A stretch of DNA of 64,000 nucleotides from Hormiphora californensis (taxonomy: Eukaryota > Animalia > Ctenophora): assembly GCA_020137815.1 (NCBI GenBank), contig CM035356.1:5828001-5892000 (forward strand), written 5' to 3'. Below are positions 12,186 through 26,100 of the stretch, piece by piece (positions within the stretch are counted from its first letter, which is position 1; the number at the start of each line of letters is the position of its first letter). Both the position numbers and the translations under genes were made by a program. The notes below the pieces were generated by a model. It saw only the letters and a list, made by a program, of their open reading frames with translations, did no database searches and was not told the DNA's origin.

Positions 12186-14008
12186 CACATGGGGCGTTAC
12201 ATCCCTAATGGTTGTCATGGTTATATGGGAATCAAAGAGGAAAACTATTAAACACTACCCGGGTTTGTCCACCCCTAATGTCTCTTGTGGGTTATGTAGT
12301 TTACTAAAGACCAGACAAAGTTTACCGGTGATGGGGAAATTAGGAGCATAAAATTTGTGTTTTAACAGTTAGAAGTCAGGCAGTGTTGTAACAATACTTC
12401 TGTCATGTGTGTGTAGATTCTAATCACATGAATAGCTGCAGCAGGACTGGCTGTACGGTGTAATAGTGTATTACACTGTAAATGTGTGTAAAACTGCCGT
12501 GGCATGATAAAACAACAGTGCAAAAATGATCCTTTATTTTAAAGTGAATCCGAAAATGGCAACGGAATTTACTTTCATGCAGGACAACATTTTGTTGCAA
12601 CAGACACAATTTTGACACAATTTTGACAGCAGCTTGTAATTTTCGTACAGATATAGAAGCTCCTATCACCCTAATTTGGCGATCGATTGCTAAACATTAA
12701 AATATTAGATATCATTTTTACTTAGCCGACAGCATTGAGCTGACTTTCCACAATAATACCCGACTTGGAAGGAAGGCGGAGGGTCCAACATCCCCCACCA
12801 CCACACAAGTGTCTGTCGCTACGAAGTACCATAACTCCTTTGCCTGCAGAGCGGCTCGACTTTAGAAGACTCTACCAAGCAACGTGAATACGGCAGAAGA
12901 CCTGACTTCATTCAAAGTTCTCCTTGGTGAATAGCTAAAGAGATTCCCAAACCATTCCCCGGTGACTGGATATTCTCGACAGAATAATAACTCAATTCTT
13001 GACTGGGCACGAATAGCTTCCAGGGGGGAGGCTCTATGAGGAGCTGACACCTGTTCAGTATCTGTGCAAAGAGGGCTACAAGACTACAAGACATCTACAA
13101 ACGGCAGACACTAAGGGCCTTTCACCTTTTCCAAATATAATTTGTGCTATTTTTTCCGGTACTGCCGTTTTCCGGTTTTTCATGAGGGGCACCACTAGCC
13201 GGAATAGCTTCAATAAAGTATACTGTTCTCCTTTACACTTTAGATGAGTTTCGATTATCTAAACGCCCGCTAAACCTAAGCCATCAAACATTTGAATTTC
13301 CAAATCACACTGGGCCTTTTGGGGTCGATCTCCCACTCCTTTTTTGTGATGAATTCTTTTTTAAACGGGTGCTGTTAATACGGAAAAGGATGCTACGCTT
13401 CTTAGCTGAAGTGGTATTAATAAAAACAGCAAAAGCTCGACGGAGGGACGATTCAAATTTCAAACAAAACTTTAAAAAAAATTCCCGTTTGAAAAAAGCA
13501 GACTTGCTTAAATTTTAATAGCGCGCGTACAACATGTACTATCAAAATATCGCGCGCCGTCAATGACGCAGAGCAATGTACAGAACGCCGCGTGTTCCAG
13601 ACAAAATGTCGTCCTCAGTAAAAAAATTGGTTAACAAATAGTAGATAAAAATTAAATACTTCACTGACACATTATAAATACACAATTTTTTACAAAAACA
13701 TCCCATCCCTCTCTTTCTTAGGATCATGTTACGTTTTATCATTATACGATTCATAAAGTTAGCCTTGGTGGTAATGGTTGTCCCATCAGTTTGTTAACGG
13801 TTAACTAAACAACAAATACATCTCGTAAAATCTTTATCCAATATCCACTGGTATTCAGATCATCTCTCATTTTGTCATACGTCATTCCGTCATGGTGATT
13901 TACAAAGCCCCGCCGGAATACACAATACAATATTTTAGTCCCCGTTTATATCTTCCCTTCCCATTTAGCCCAACACGATTATCACATATCACTATCATGG
14001 AAGGGACG

Positions 14009-17000
14009 TCAAGTAACCTCACTACTTAAGGCGGGTGGTGTTATCGTTGCTGAGAGCACCGCAGGTGTTGGTGGTGTCAAGGTAGTAGTTTCTGAGGGGG
14101 CCGGGGCCGGAGTGGGCGGTGTTTCTGGGGCCTCCAGGAACCGTAGTGCTTGTTGGAAGGTGGCCCGTGGATAGTGGTTGATGTGCTTTCTTGTCTTGTC
14201 ACTCAATTGTTCCTAGATAGGGGGAGTATTTGTCTTTTTTGTCCAGAAAAAAAACTGACACCAGTGGACAAACGGACAAAAATTGGTCGGACCCCCCTCC
14301 CAAACTAACAAAGAATAACCAACCTTGAGAAAAGCTATGAGCATAACTTTGTTAACTTGACGTTGAAGGATAACAATATTAGAGGGACAACCATAGCACG
14401 CCGATATGAGTGTGGGGAATAGCAGGTTCATCGATCTAAGATGAGAAGAATTAGGTTGGAAGTGGTGTTGACTACTGGTCACTGGAACTACAGTAGAGGG
14501 AACCCTGGCAAGAAAAGTGAAACACTGTGGCTGTTTCACTTTAATTTAAAGTGAAACAGCCACAGTGTGTACTTCCGAGAGAGATCAAAGAGGGGGATAG
14601 CCTTGCTATCTAGACAAGCTTACCTGATATCAGAGAAATAGGAAAATGGAAGTGATGTGAGTAGTTGGAGAATTGATGGACTTGGACCATTCTGGAGTAA
14701 AATCTGAAAATACATATTGGTGATGCCATGCTGTTACTAGGGAAATGTTAACCCGTTACCAGGGAAATGTTAACCGGTTACTAGGGAAATTTTACCCCTC
14801 ATACCTGATTTGATGGGTGAGAGAAGACGACATATCCAATAAGTTGAATACACATGTCCAGCACAGTGTTATAGTTGTTGTGGGTGGCACATGTTAGAAG
14901 GTAGTTGCACACGTGCCGTAACTCCAGAGACATACCCTCAGAGTCAAGGACCGACTGAGAGGGAGAGAGGGGTGTTATATTGGAGCTAAAATAAGCAAGA
15001 ATTAAAATTTAAATCCTGGCCCAAAAAACAGTTTATATCGTGTAAAGCAATTATATATCCATTTTCCAACTACATACCTGTAGAGTGAAGAGAGAGAATC
15101 GGGCAATACACAGAATGGTATTCAAAGATTCCTTCACCACTCTTAGGGTGAGGGGGCACATGGGGGAGGGAGAACGGAGGGGGCCATCGTAAAGTAACAC
15201 CCCGTATAACAGTGTTACTATGTTACACATTTTGGTAAACACCTTGAGGGAGAGAGTGGGGTTGTTAACAACAGAGTATTGGTGGATTTTGAACTGGGAA
15301 TGTTACAAATAGTGGATAGCTGAAGACGTCTGACATAGATCAGTCGAATATTAGTACTGCAAAATCGTTGTTTCTCTTTAACAAATAATGGAACCCAAAA
15401 TGGGCCAAATGGGTCAATAAGCCGGGGGTGGCGTACTCCCGAAGCTGTAATTGTCTCTCGAGACTGGAACTTACCAGCGACTCCACAAGTTGTGAGGGAT
15501 CATTCTTTAATGCCATGGTGCATACTGCAGTGTCGGGTGTTGTAACTGCGATACAACACGCTGATAGGAGCTCCAAGGAGGATAATAGTCTCGTACAGCT
15601 ACTTTCATCTGAAGAGAGATGGGTGTCATGGCAACGGGAGTCATGGCAACGGGAGTCATGAAAACAGGCAGGGGTCATGGCAACTGCAGGGGTCATGGCA
15701 ACATTTATATTCGATATTGTTATTATACACTTCAGTAATATAAGTTCAACTTCAATTCGCACACAAAAGAAGGGAGCTGGGGAGTAAGTGTTTCATTCTA
15801 CAAAAAGATGATAAGTCGCTAAGTGGTACTACTACTAGTAGGTGACGTCACCATGCTAAGTGGTGGTAGCTGTCATGACGTCACCAGTGGTGGTTGTAGC
15901 TGTCATGACGTCACCATGCTAAGTGGTGGTAGGTGTCATGACGTCACCATGCTAAGTGGTGGTAGGTGTCATGACGTCACCATGCTAAGTGGTGGTAGGT
16001 GTCATGACGTCACCATGCTAAGTGGTGGTAGCTGTCATGACGTCACCAGTGGTGGTTGTAGCTGTCATGACGTCACCATGCTAAGTGGTGGTAGGTGTCA
16101 TGACGTCACCATGCTAAGTGGTGGTAGGTGTCATGACGTCACCATGCTAAGTGGTGGTAGGTGTCATGACGTCACCATGCTAAGTGGTGGTAGGTGTCAT
16201 GACGTCACCATGCTAAGTGGTGGTAGGTGTCATGACGTCACCATGCTAAGTGGTGGTAGGTGTCATGACGTCACCATGCTAAGTGGTGGTAGGTGTCATG
16301 ACGTCACTAATGGTGGTTGTAGGTGTCATGACGTCACCATGCTAAGTGGTGGTAGCTGTCATGACGTCACTAATGGTGGTTGTAGGTGTCATGACGTCAC
16401 CAATGGTGGTTGTACCTTTTATCCACGTTGTCCTCGTGCAAGTCTCGTTAATCACATCAATTACCTCCTTACACACCAGGAAACTAATCATATCCACCGT
16501 CAGAGGTTCACCTGAAGGGATGGTGTTAATTAATTAATTAATATTAGGAGATCATGGATTATATTCAGAGTTGGAGAACACGGGGAAATGTAAATGATGG
16601 TTAGAACATCACAAGAGACGCCATGGGTTAAGGGGGCTGCGTGACCCTGAATACTGAAACTCTATAAACTCTGCAGCATGAACAGTAGAAGGATTTAGGA
16701 TATGAAAACATACATGGGGTAAGAGAGCGAATAAGGGCAGTTGTAAGGCGGGTTAGGTCCACGTGCACAGCAGGTAAGGTAGCTGCAGGTGTCGCAGTTA
16801 GGGATTCCACCACATCCGGGAGGTATCTTGAACAGATTTGAGCACCTAGAAAATAGAATAGGGTCAGGTCAATGAGAATAGGGTCAGGTCAATGCTCTGA
16901 CAGAATAGTTGCGGCGGCGGGGGAGTGATGTTTCAAATTTCAAAAAAAAGGGAAAATACTGCACAAAATGTATCTAGAACATTGAATCTTGCCAGTCGAG

Positions 17001-19899
17001 TACAGTTGTACTTGCTAGTTACCTGTACTAGATAGAGTACACGAGTGTAATAGAAGTTTCGAGACTGGCGCTATCAACTTGCTGTCGGACAGCAACCCAC
17101 ACAACTGCTCTAGGACACCTGAAATTGTCTGATTTTACAATTTATATCATCTGGGGGGTGCGACATGTTAATTTTGTTAACTTTGTTAATATTAACATCG
17201 AGAAAACAGGTGATTTATTAACAAAATTAACAAAAAGTTAACAAAACGTTAACAAATGCCATTTATACGATCTAAATCCCTTTTAGTACGTGTTTTTGGT
17301 ATTTAACACTTGTTCTGCAAGCAAAGTTGTTCCTTCTGCACGATTTGTATAGGCCTACTACTTCTACTACGGATTTTCTACAGCGATTTGTTCCATTGTG
17401 TAAATTTTGATAAAAACTAGCCAAACTAAACCGCAATTAAAGTCAAATGACCCTAATCCACATTTTCCAACCCTAAAAACAAAATAAGATTTATGAATTT
17501 ACCTTAAAACGAAAAATATCCCAAAAATCAATTTTTCTAAAAAAACACAAGGATTTGTAGCGAAGCAAATTTTCAATCTTTGACCAAAAAATTGATTTTG
17601 GAAAAATTGTATTTCTTTTTCCAACAGAAACGTTGTACATCATCTTCTTAAGTTCAAAGAATCTATTATCAATGAAAAATTTCCGCTTAAGTTAGATTTT
17701 ATACGCTAAATTGAAATATTTGTAACTTTTGGAGTTTTATCGATTTTGAGCCAAAAAACCTGTATGGCAGACTTCGGTTATCGGGGGAGGCCTTGTTTGG
17801 GTATAAATGTGTTATATAAGTCGTTAAACTATAAAATTAAACCAGTTAAAGTCGTATTATCAACCAATAAGAACAGTCTTTTAGCATTTGTTAATTTTGT
17901 TAATTTTGTTAATTAACGTTAATTAACAAAATCGAAAAAAAGAGGTGATTTATTAACAATTAACATGTCGTCCCCCCCTATCATCTCTAACACCTGAAAT
18001 CGTTAGATTTTATATATCATCTGGAGTATCAGAAACTTTTATTTTTCAGTTTGTTAAGTCCCAGACTGTTTAAATCCAGTAGTAAATTTACTTTCGATCT
18101 GGTAAAGTACTAAACCATGTTTTGAATCGATCCTTTACCTTTCTCTAGCAGATGATTCACATCATTTCTGGTCATGACAGTCCTACTCAGATCGCCCAAT
18201 CCCTTCTCTCTAGTTTTTACATTTCCCATTGCCTTGATACACTTGGTGAGACGGTTCTTATTTGGGCACTCCAATCCTGTTTCTAGTAACTTGATTGCTG
18301 GTAATTCAGGGATCCTGGGGGTGAGATATAGAGGTTATGGGGATGTTGTTAGAGGGGAGTGAGGGGGATGTTGTTAGAGGGGAGCGAGGAGGGGGAGGTT
18401 GGAGGGGGAGGTTAGAGGGGGAGGTTACAGGATGAGGTTGTTAGAGGGGAGCGAGGGGGAGTTGGTGTGTAACCTCTCCGTTGACCGGAGTGTTCTACCC
18501 AACCCTCGCTTATATTCAGTATGAATTAAAGGAGGGTTGGGACTTATGTACTCACTTATTTACAATCCTAGTTTTAACTTTCTTGGCCCGTTTTCTCAGC
18601 ATCTTCTGTCGAGTCACATTGTCCTGAGTGAGCGGGCAGAGGTCGTCCGTGTAATTAACAATGAACTGGCTCTCTTTCTCCGCCTGATCAAAATAGTTAT
18701 CAATTAATAATTAAGCAGCTGGTATGAACTAGCGATCTTAATGAATCAGGGTGCTGTAGGGGGGTTTTGTAGTTACCAAATACTGTGAACAGGGTTAGTG
18801 GTTACCATAGTTACCAACTGCAATTCAACTACTGGACCTACCTCATCCTCCGTAGATCGTTGGTGTCGTTTGATCATGTGACCCATAAGTACAGCCTCAC
18901 TCACTATCTTAACATTACAAGCACTGCACCACTTGGGAGGATCGTACAGGGTATGGGCGGGTAGGTAGTCCGGAACGAGATTACGACACAACATTGCCGC
19001 CTTTTCTTGCATCTCTTTGAGCGTAGAACTCGACTAAAAATAGAAAATTTTGAAGGGCAATGTGGATAGAAACTTTATCTTTCTGTTAAAAATGTTGGAA
19101 ATGAAGAAATTGAATACGTCTACACACACTCTCATGTGTATTATAACCTACCAGTGATTTCTTGTCTCCACCCCTGTCATGCCGGATAAACTCCCTCATT
19201 ACCTCTCTCTCCAGAGCCTTCTCTCTAGCTCCCCGCTCCATCTCCATCTTATTCAAATCCACCTGATGAGGGGGATCACGGTTAACTACAGGAGATCCGT
19301 TGCCGCATTGGACAGAGAGCAGGAGAGCTGCTGCAGCAGTTTCACTGGTCTGAAATGCGCGGCGGAGATGCACACGTGAGAGAATGCAGTCGGTTGTCCT
19401 TTACACAGCAGAGTGTTCTCGCGCGCTCCGTATCCCTTCCCGAGATTCGCTCTAAATTTGTGACCAGCACACGCACACACACCCTTTCTTGCGAGACCCT
19501 GATTTTATCTTCAATGCTGGCGATCCTTGCCAGTCGGTCTGCTTCAATTGCCTGTTTCCGTCCCAACACGGCCTCCTCTTTTGCGTGTAACTCCTCAGAC
19601 CTTCTCTTTCTTACTTCCTGAGAGGGGATTCAGAGACAAAATTAGAAAAACCTGAAAATGGCTCCACAACTGTTACAAATGTAGACATGAAGCATACACA
19701 GCGCGGGTACAGCAATAAAGAAAGCACACACACACACGTTAAATGACATGAAGGTATCACCTTTTGTCGCACCTGAATTTCTGCTCGTTTCGCCTCCGCT
19801 TGCTGCTCCTTGCCAAGCAACTCCATTTTCCTGTTCTGGGCCTCGAGAGAGTTAATAAATGCGATCTCATTCACTTTCATGTCCTCCTCTTGAGCCTAG

Positions 19900-19934
<35 letters not shown>

Positions 19935-21439
19935 GAGAGATAATGATGTTCTAATTTGGGTTTTGGTGGTTGAAATACATACATTCGGGCCCCGATTTAC
20001 CGGGCAAACTTCCCTGATGATATCGGTAAATTGGGATCCGACTGTAGTCGTACAGTTTTAAAAGCTTACCTTGCGTTTCACCTCTGCAATTTTCTGGTCC
20101 CGTAGATGCTCAGCTCTAGCTAGTTTTTCAGCGTGAACCATGGCACGTGCTGCCCTCTCCTTCTCCTGTTGCTCCTGTAGGTCCTTGATCTGAGAGGAGA
20201 GAGAGGGTGTTAGCTTGGGATGATAGACGAGAGAGTATGTTAGAGAGTATGTTAGTTGGTATTTAAACGAGCCCATGGTGCAGGAAGTATCACTACAAAC
20301 CAATACAGGTTATACAGGATATTGATGATCGTGACGTCACGATACAGTATGGATCGTGAAACAGAAGAGGAAGATCTAGTTATTGGATGATTGGAAACAT
20401 GTTAGTTAGTTTCACTATGAATATCTAATAGAAAGTATTGAATTTATGCAATATTATAAGTGCAATAAAACTAAATAAACACAAAATATATATTTTTTTC
20501 TGATCCACTCTTTTACACGCCGACAGGCCCAGGCCTTAATTTTTCAGTGTGAAGTCGAGAGAAATACGTATGAAATAAAGAGAGAGAAAGAAAAGGAAAC
20601 TAATTTACAGGTTGTTTTTTCAAACCAGCCAGTTAGAAATTGGCCCATTATGTGTGTGTGGGGCCTCATAAAATACGAGTGAATTTAATTGAATAATAAA
20701 ATGTGCATGTGGGTGTGAGAGAAATAGAAAGAGAGGGAGAGAGAGAGACACACAGAGAGAAAGAGAGGTACTGAGGGGGGAGAGTGAATAAGACCTAAGT
20801 AATGAGTACACGACTCTGTATGCACGAGGTCTAGATGTATAATATTTTCCACGTGTGGGACCCCACTGCTCGGCTCCACACTGGTGTGTTAGTTCCTCAG
20901 CGTCTCCGTACGTGCAGAGCAGTGTGTGTGTGTGGGGGAGAGAAAGCTTTCTCTCTAGTCTTTCGAAAATTCGAGAAGAGAAAGAGGCAGAGCAAAACGG
21001 GTATTAATTAATAGGAGAATTAGTGATAGGAAAAGGGTGGTTGACTCTGATGCAGGTAGTGAGACAGGGAGAAGTGGTAGAGGGGTGGAACGGACGTGCG
21101 AAAATGCAGAAACAAAATAAAGAAAAGGAAATAGAACACATAAAATACATAATGGGAATGGGTGGTCGTGAACAAACAAACACATGTGGTCTCATTTTCT
21201 AGTTGCATGCTGGTAGGTTACATAAATTAGAGAGAATGAGACAGGGAAGATTTACACAAAATGCAAATGACAAACAGCCATGGTAAAGAGAGGATTGTTG
21301 GACGAACAAACCAACGTGCACTCCAAAATAATTAGTTACCTGTTCTTCTTTCATTTTAATTCTTTTCAGCTTGTTCGCTTTCTCTTCCTGTATCTGATCC
21401 CTCTTAACTTGAGCCTTGGCCTGTTGAGAGAAGGAGGGT

Positions 21440-21492
<53 letters not shown>

Positions 21493-23024
21493 GGTGAGAG
21501 AGAGAGAGAGAGCACAATGGAATGGTTACCATGGTAACGACATTACATTCCGTGTGTTACTTTGCCATGGCAACCAGAGAGAGAATTTAGAGATCTGCAG
21601 CTACCGGTACATTACCTAATTCCAACTACCAACGGGTAAATAAATTTTGAACACAGCACGGCCGTACCTTATAAAAGGTGTGAAAATTTATCAAAACAAT
21701 GATCACAATTTTTAAAAGGGAGAGGTGATCTTGGTTGTTTGTAGAATCTTAAACAAACACTTAACACACTTAGCAGCCATTTTGATATTTTCTTAGTGTA
21801 GGGCGCAGGCAGATCAAAACAGTCCCAAATTTCCTTTTTCCCAGACCATTGAAACCTAAGCTCACAAACCAACCACCATTTCCCAGGTAAGAGCCCCATC
21901 CGAAATCATCAGTCTGCCCCTCTCCCAGTCCCCCTAGTACTCACCAGTCTGCCCCTCTCCCAGTCCCCCTAGTACTCACCAGTCTGCCCCTCTCCCAGTC
22001 CCCCTAATACCCCACCATTCTGCCCCCCTCCCAGTCCCCCTAGTACTCACCAGTCTGCCCCTCTCCCAGTCCCCCTACTACCCCACCATTCTGCCCCCCT
22101 CCCAGTCCCCCTAGTACTCACCAGTCTCCCCCTCTCCCTAGTACTCACCAATCTCTCCTGGTAATTCTTCAGCACATTATCCCCCGTGTTCCGCCGTCTA
22201 CTGGGGGAACTAAGCCGTTGGTGGAGCTGGGGAGCCTTCCCCGGGGACCTGCCCCCACCAGAGGACCTGGAGTTTGGAGAGCGGCCAGGAGATCGGCCCG
22301 GTGAGAGGCAGTTCCTCTCCTCTTCCTCCTGCGAGTAGAGGTCGTTGGAAAGCTGGGAACGTAGTGATGGTGATTGTGGTGCTGCCTGTGGGGTGAGAGC
22401 AGTGAGTGGGGTTTACAATTGGTGTGGGTATGTTTGGCGCAGTAGATTCAAGGGGTTATTGCCGTTTGTACTTTGTTGGGTGTTTCAATGATTGGAGTGA
22501 ACGCCCCATTTATCGTCATGCAGACTACAGTTTTAGCTATTTCATGAGGTTCAATAAAGGGGTTTCAATGAATAGATTCATCTCCCCTATATGTACATGC
22601 AGTTTTATTTTTCATGAGGTTCAATAAAGTGGCCCTAATTAAGGTTTGTGAGTAACCTAAAGGCACGTACATTGAGCATTCATAAAATCAAGAATTACAC
22701 ACATTATGATTATGGAATTTCTGAGTCTGATTCTGAAATCTCGGGTGGAATTCTTTTCAGAGGTCTCTACTGCAATGAAACATTGTACATCGTGTATATA
22801 CAGTTTGTGCAGTGTGCACCTTTTGGGATTCATTTACTGTTTACACTTACTCATATTACCATCTCTCTCTTTCACTATCCCCCTCTCTTTCTCACTATCC
22901 CCCTCTCCCTCTCTCGCGTCTCCTAGAGATCTTTTTACATGAATGAGTGATATGCACACGACACGCCTTCAGTAGCAACAAAGTGCTGTTATAGTCGCAT
23001 GCTGTGAAATGAGGACATGTTGAA

Positions 23025-23118
<94 letters not shown>

Positions 23119-26100
23119 TGTCCGGAAGTTGACTCACAACCTACTTCAGCCTTCAGTATCTAATAAGTACTTGCAGCTATGATATAATCAAAGTATCACA
23201 AAAATTAGCCTGGTGGTTCCCGCCTGTTTGTCGCACTACGTACACAAACACGCCTGATGCCGAGGGAATTCATTATACTGTCCTATTTAGGAATCTATTT
23301 AAAAATTCTCCAATTAGAGGACAACCATCATTTGGTCGAACCTAAATGATCCTATCATGCCTTTCTGGTAAGATGATTTACACTTAACATGTCGTGATTT
23401 ACTGTCTACAGATGGTTTACACACCATCTTATTAACAATCACTATTGTGCACACTTTGTTTATTAAACTGGGATGCAAAGAGAAAAGGGAGCTGCCACTG
23501 GGACTCATGTGTCTGGCTATCTTCCAATAATTAGCGTGCACGTACACGGTCGGAACAAGACCGGAACTGCCCTGTTTATGTGTGTGGAGAGGGGCTATGA
23601 GTGTCCTAATAAAACAGGAGCAGAAATTCTTCCAATCAAAGAGTGACGTAACGGCTGTACGTGGTATGACGTTATATGACTGGTAGTGTCGGGATAAAAA
23701 TACGTGATGCTAGAAGCTGTTGTATTTGACATGTAAAACATGCACACATGCACAAGATAGGCCGAATAACATTACAAATCGTACACTGACACATTGACAA
23801 TTGTCAGAATCTGAACTGTTTTAGTGACAACATGAGTTACAGAACCTAGCATGCATTATATCATTACTGTAACATTACTGTAACATTACTGTAACATTGC
23901 TGTAACATTACTGTAACATTACTGTAACACTACTGTAACATTACTGTAACATTACTGTAACATTACTGTGACATTACTGTAACACTACTGTAACACTACT
24001 GTAACATTACTGTAACATTACTGTAACATTACTGTAACACTACCGTAACATTACTGTAACATTACTGTAACATTACTGTAACATTACTGTAACATTACTG
24101 TAACATTACTGTAACATTACTGTAACATTACTGTAACATTACTGTAACATTACTGTAACATTACTGTAACATTACTGTAACATTACTGTAACATTACTGT
24201 AACATTACTGTAACATTGCTGTAACATTACTGTAACATTACTGTAACATTGCTGTAACATTACTGTAACATTACTGTAACATTACTGTAACATTACTGTA
24301 CCATTACTGTAACATTACTGTAACATTACTGTAACATTACTGTAACATTACTGTAACATTACTGTAACATTACTGTAACATTACTGTAACATTACTGTAA
24401 CACTACTGTAACATTACTGTAACATTACTGTAACATTACTGTAACATTACTGTAACATTACTGTAACATTACTGTAACATTACTGTAACATTACTGTAAC
24501 ATTACTGTAACATTACTGTAACACTACTGTAACATTACTGTAACATTACTGTAACATTACTGTAACATTACTGTAACATTACTGTAACATTACTGTAACA
24601 CTACTGTAACATTACTGTAACACTACTGTAACATTACTGTAACATTACGAGTGACTTTATATTCGACTCACAAGGGTTTCAGTTGAAACAGAGCTATGTT
24701 CGCTAATCTGACGTTTTCGTTTGGAGATCATAACTCGATAAATGTTACTTTCCTCCTGTGTAGATTTCAGAAATATAGAGAGGCTACAAACAAAACCCGT
24801 ACTATGTTTCCATGTTCCCATGGTGACGAAAGGGGGGTCAAAGAGAATACAGCGAGTTCTAAAGCACAACAGAACGGGCTGTCAGCGCACACAATATATG
24901 GACATGGGACTGGAATCTCATAACAGACAGCTGAACAGCATTGAACAAACGCCCAACAGTAACACGGTATCATTTCAACTCACCTCACTGGTAGGATAGT
25001 AAGAATACTCCTCGTTTATAGTTTCAGTCTGGATACTCTTGCACTCAAAACTAATCTCACGCTCCAGATCCTCAATGACAGGTGTTATTCCATCCTCTGT
25101 TGCGGGTGTTATTATCTCGCTCAGGATCTCCTCCGTAGAACTATCTACTGTCAGTGTCGTGGGAGGTGCAGCAGCAAGCTCAGTAGCCGGTGAGGGAGGG
25201 TTTGTAGTTGTGGTTGACGTGGTCTTCTTGCCTTTTGGTTCATCTTTCTTCTTTCCGGTTTTGTCCAGGGAATCAGAGCTCTTAGAAATTCCTTTGCTGC
25301 TTTTACCCGGGTCAAGTTTGTTGGCACCTTCCAGTGATCGAGCCTTTGAAAGCGGTTTAGAGGTGGTTGTGGAAGGTTTAGAGAATGGTTTTGAGGCGGT
25401 CAATGTCTTTTTCACAGGTTTTGGCGTAGTACTTGAAGCCGGCTTAGAAACTGGTTTACTTGGCACTGGTCGTGATTTAGGAACCGTCGCTCGAGATGGT
25501 CGGGCCTTTTCAATTGAGTCACTTGATTTAGTTCGGGACCCGATGTCAGGCTTAGACTTATCTCCAACTACTTTCGGCTTAACCTCTCCTGTGACTGACC
25601 GGGGTTTAACTGCTCTCTGGGTAAGATGCGGTGAGGCGGTCTTACCTGATCTCACAATTGTATCAGTGGTGCTTTTTCCAACTCTAGGTTCAGGTTGCCC
25701 TTTGTTTGGAATTGTTTTAACCCTACTTTTTCCTGAGGACACACTCCAACCATCTTCACTGATATGGGACGTCTTGGGTGGTCGGGCAGGTTTACTGCTG
25801 AGGGGCAGAGACCTACTTTTGCTAACTGTAACTTGCTTCTTTGTGGTGTTCTCGGGGGCCTGTTGAACGTGAGAAAGGTACCTACTGGGCGTTGACTGGT
25901 ACTTACTGGCCGCTGATTGGTACTTGGAAGAAACTTGTTTCTTAGGAGCCGTCACGGGCGGACTATCTGATTTGCCTTTTCTGACTAGATCAGCCCAGGA
26001 TGTTGATCGGGCTAGCGGGTTCGTGGGCAGAGAAATACACGAGTGAACGGAGCTAGATGACATAGTTGACAGTCCAGACTCGGACAACACATCCACTTCT

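Noticed and set aside
15823-16515. 230-aa Cys/His repeat ORF on the plus strand
   Set aside because: Open only because the unit lengths (30/33) are multiples of three; it is antisense to a SCAPER intron and exon.
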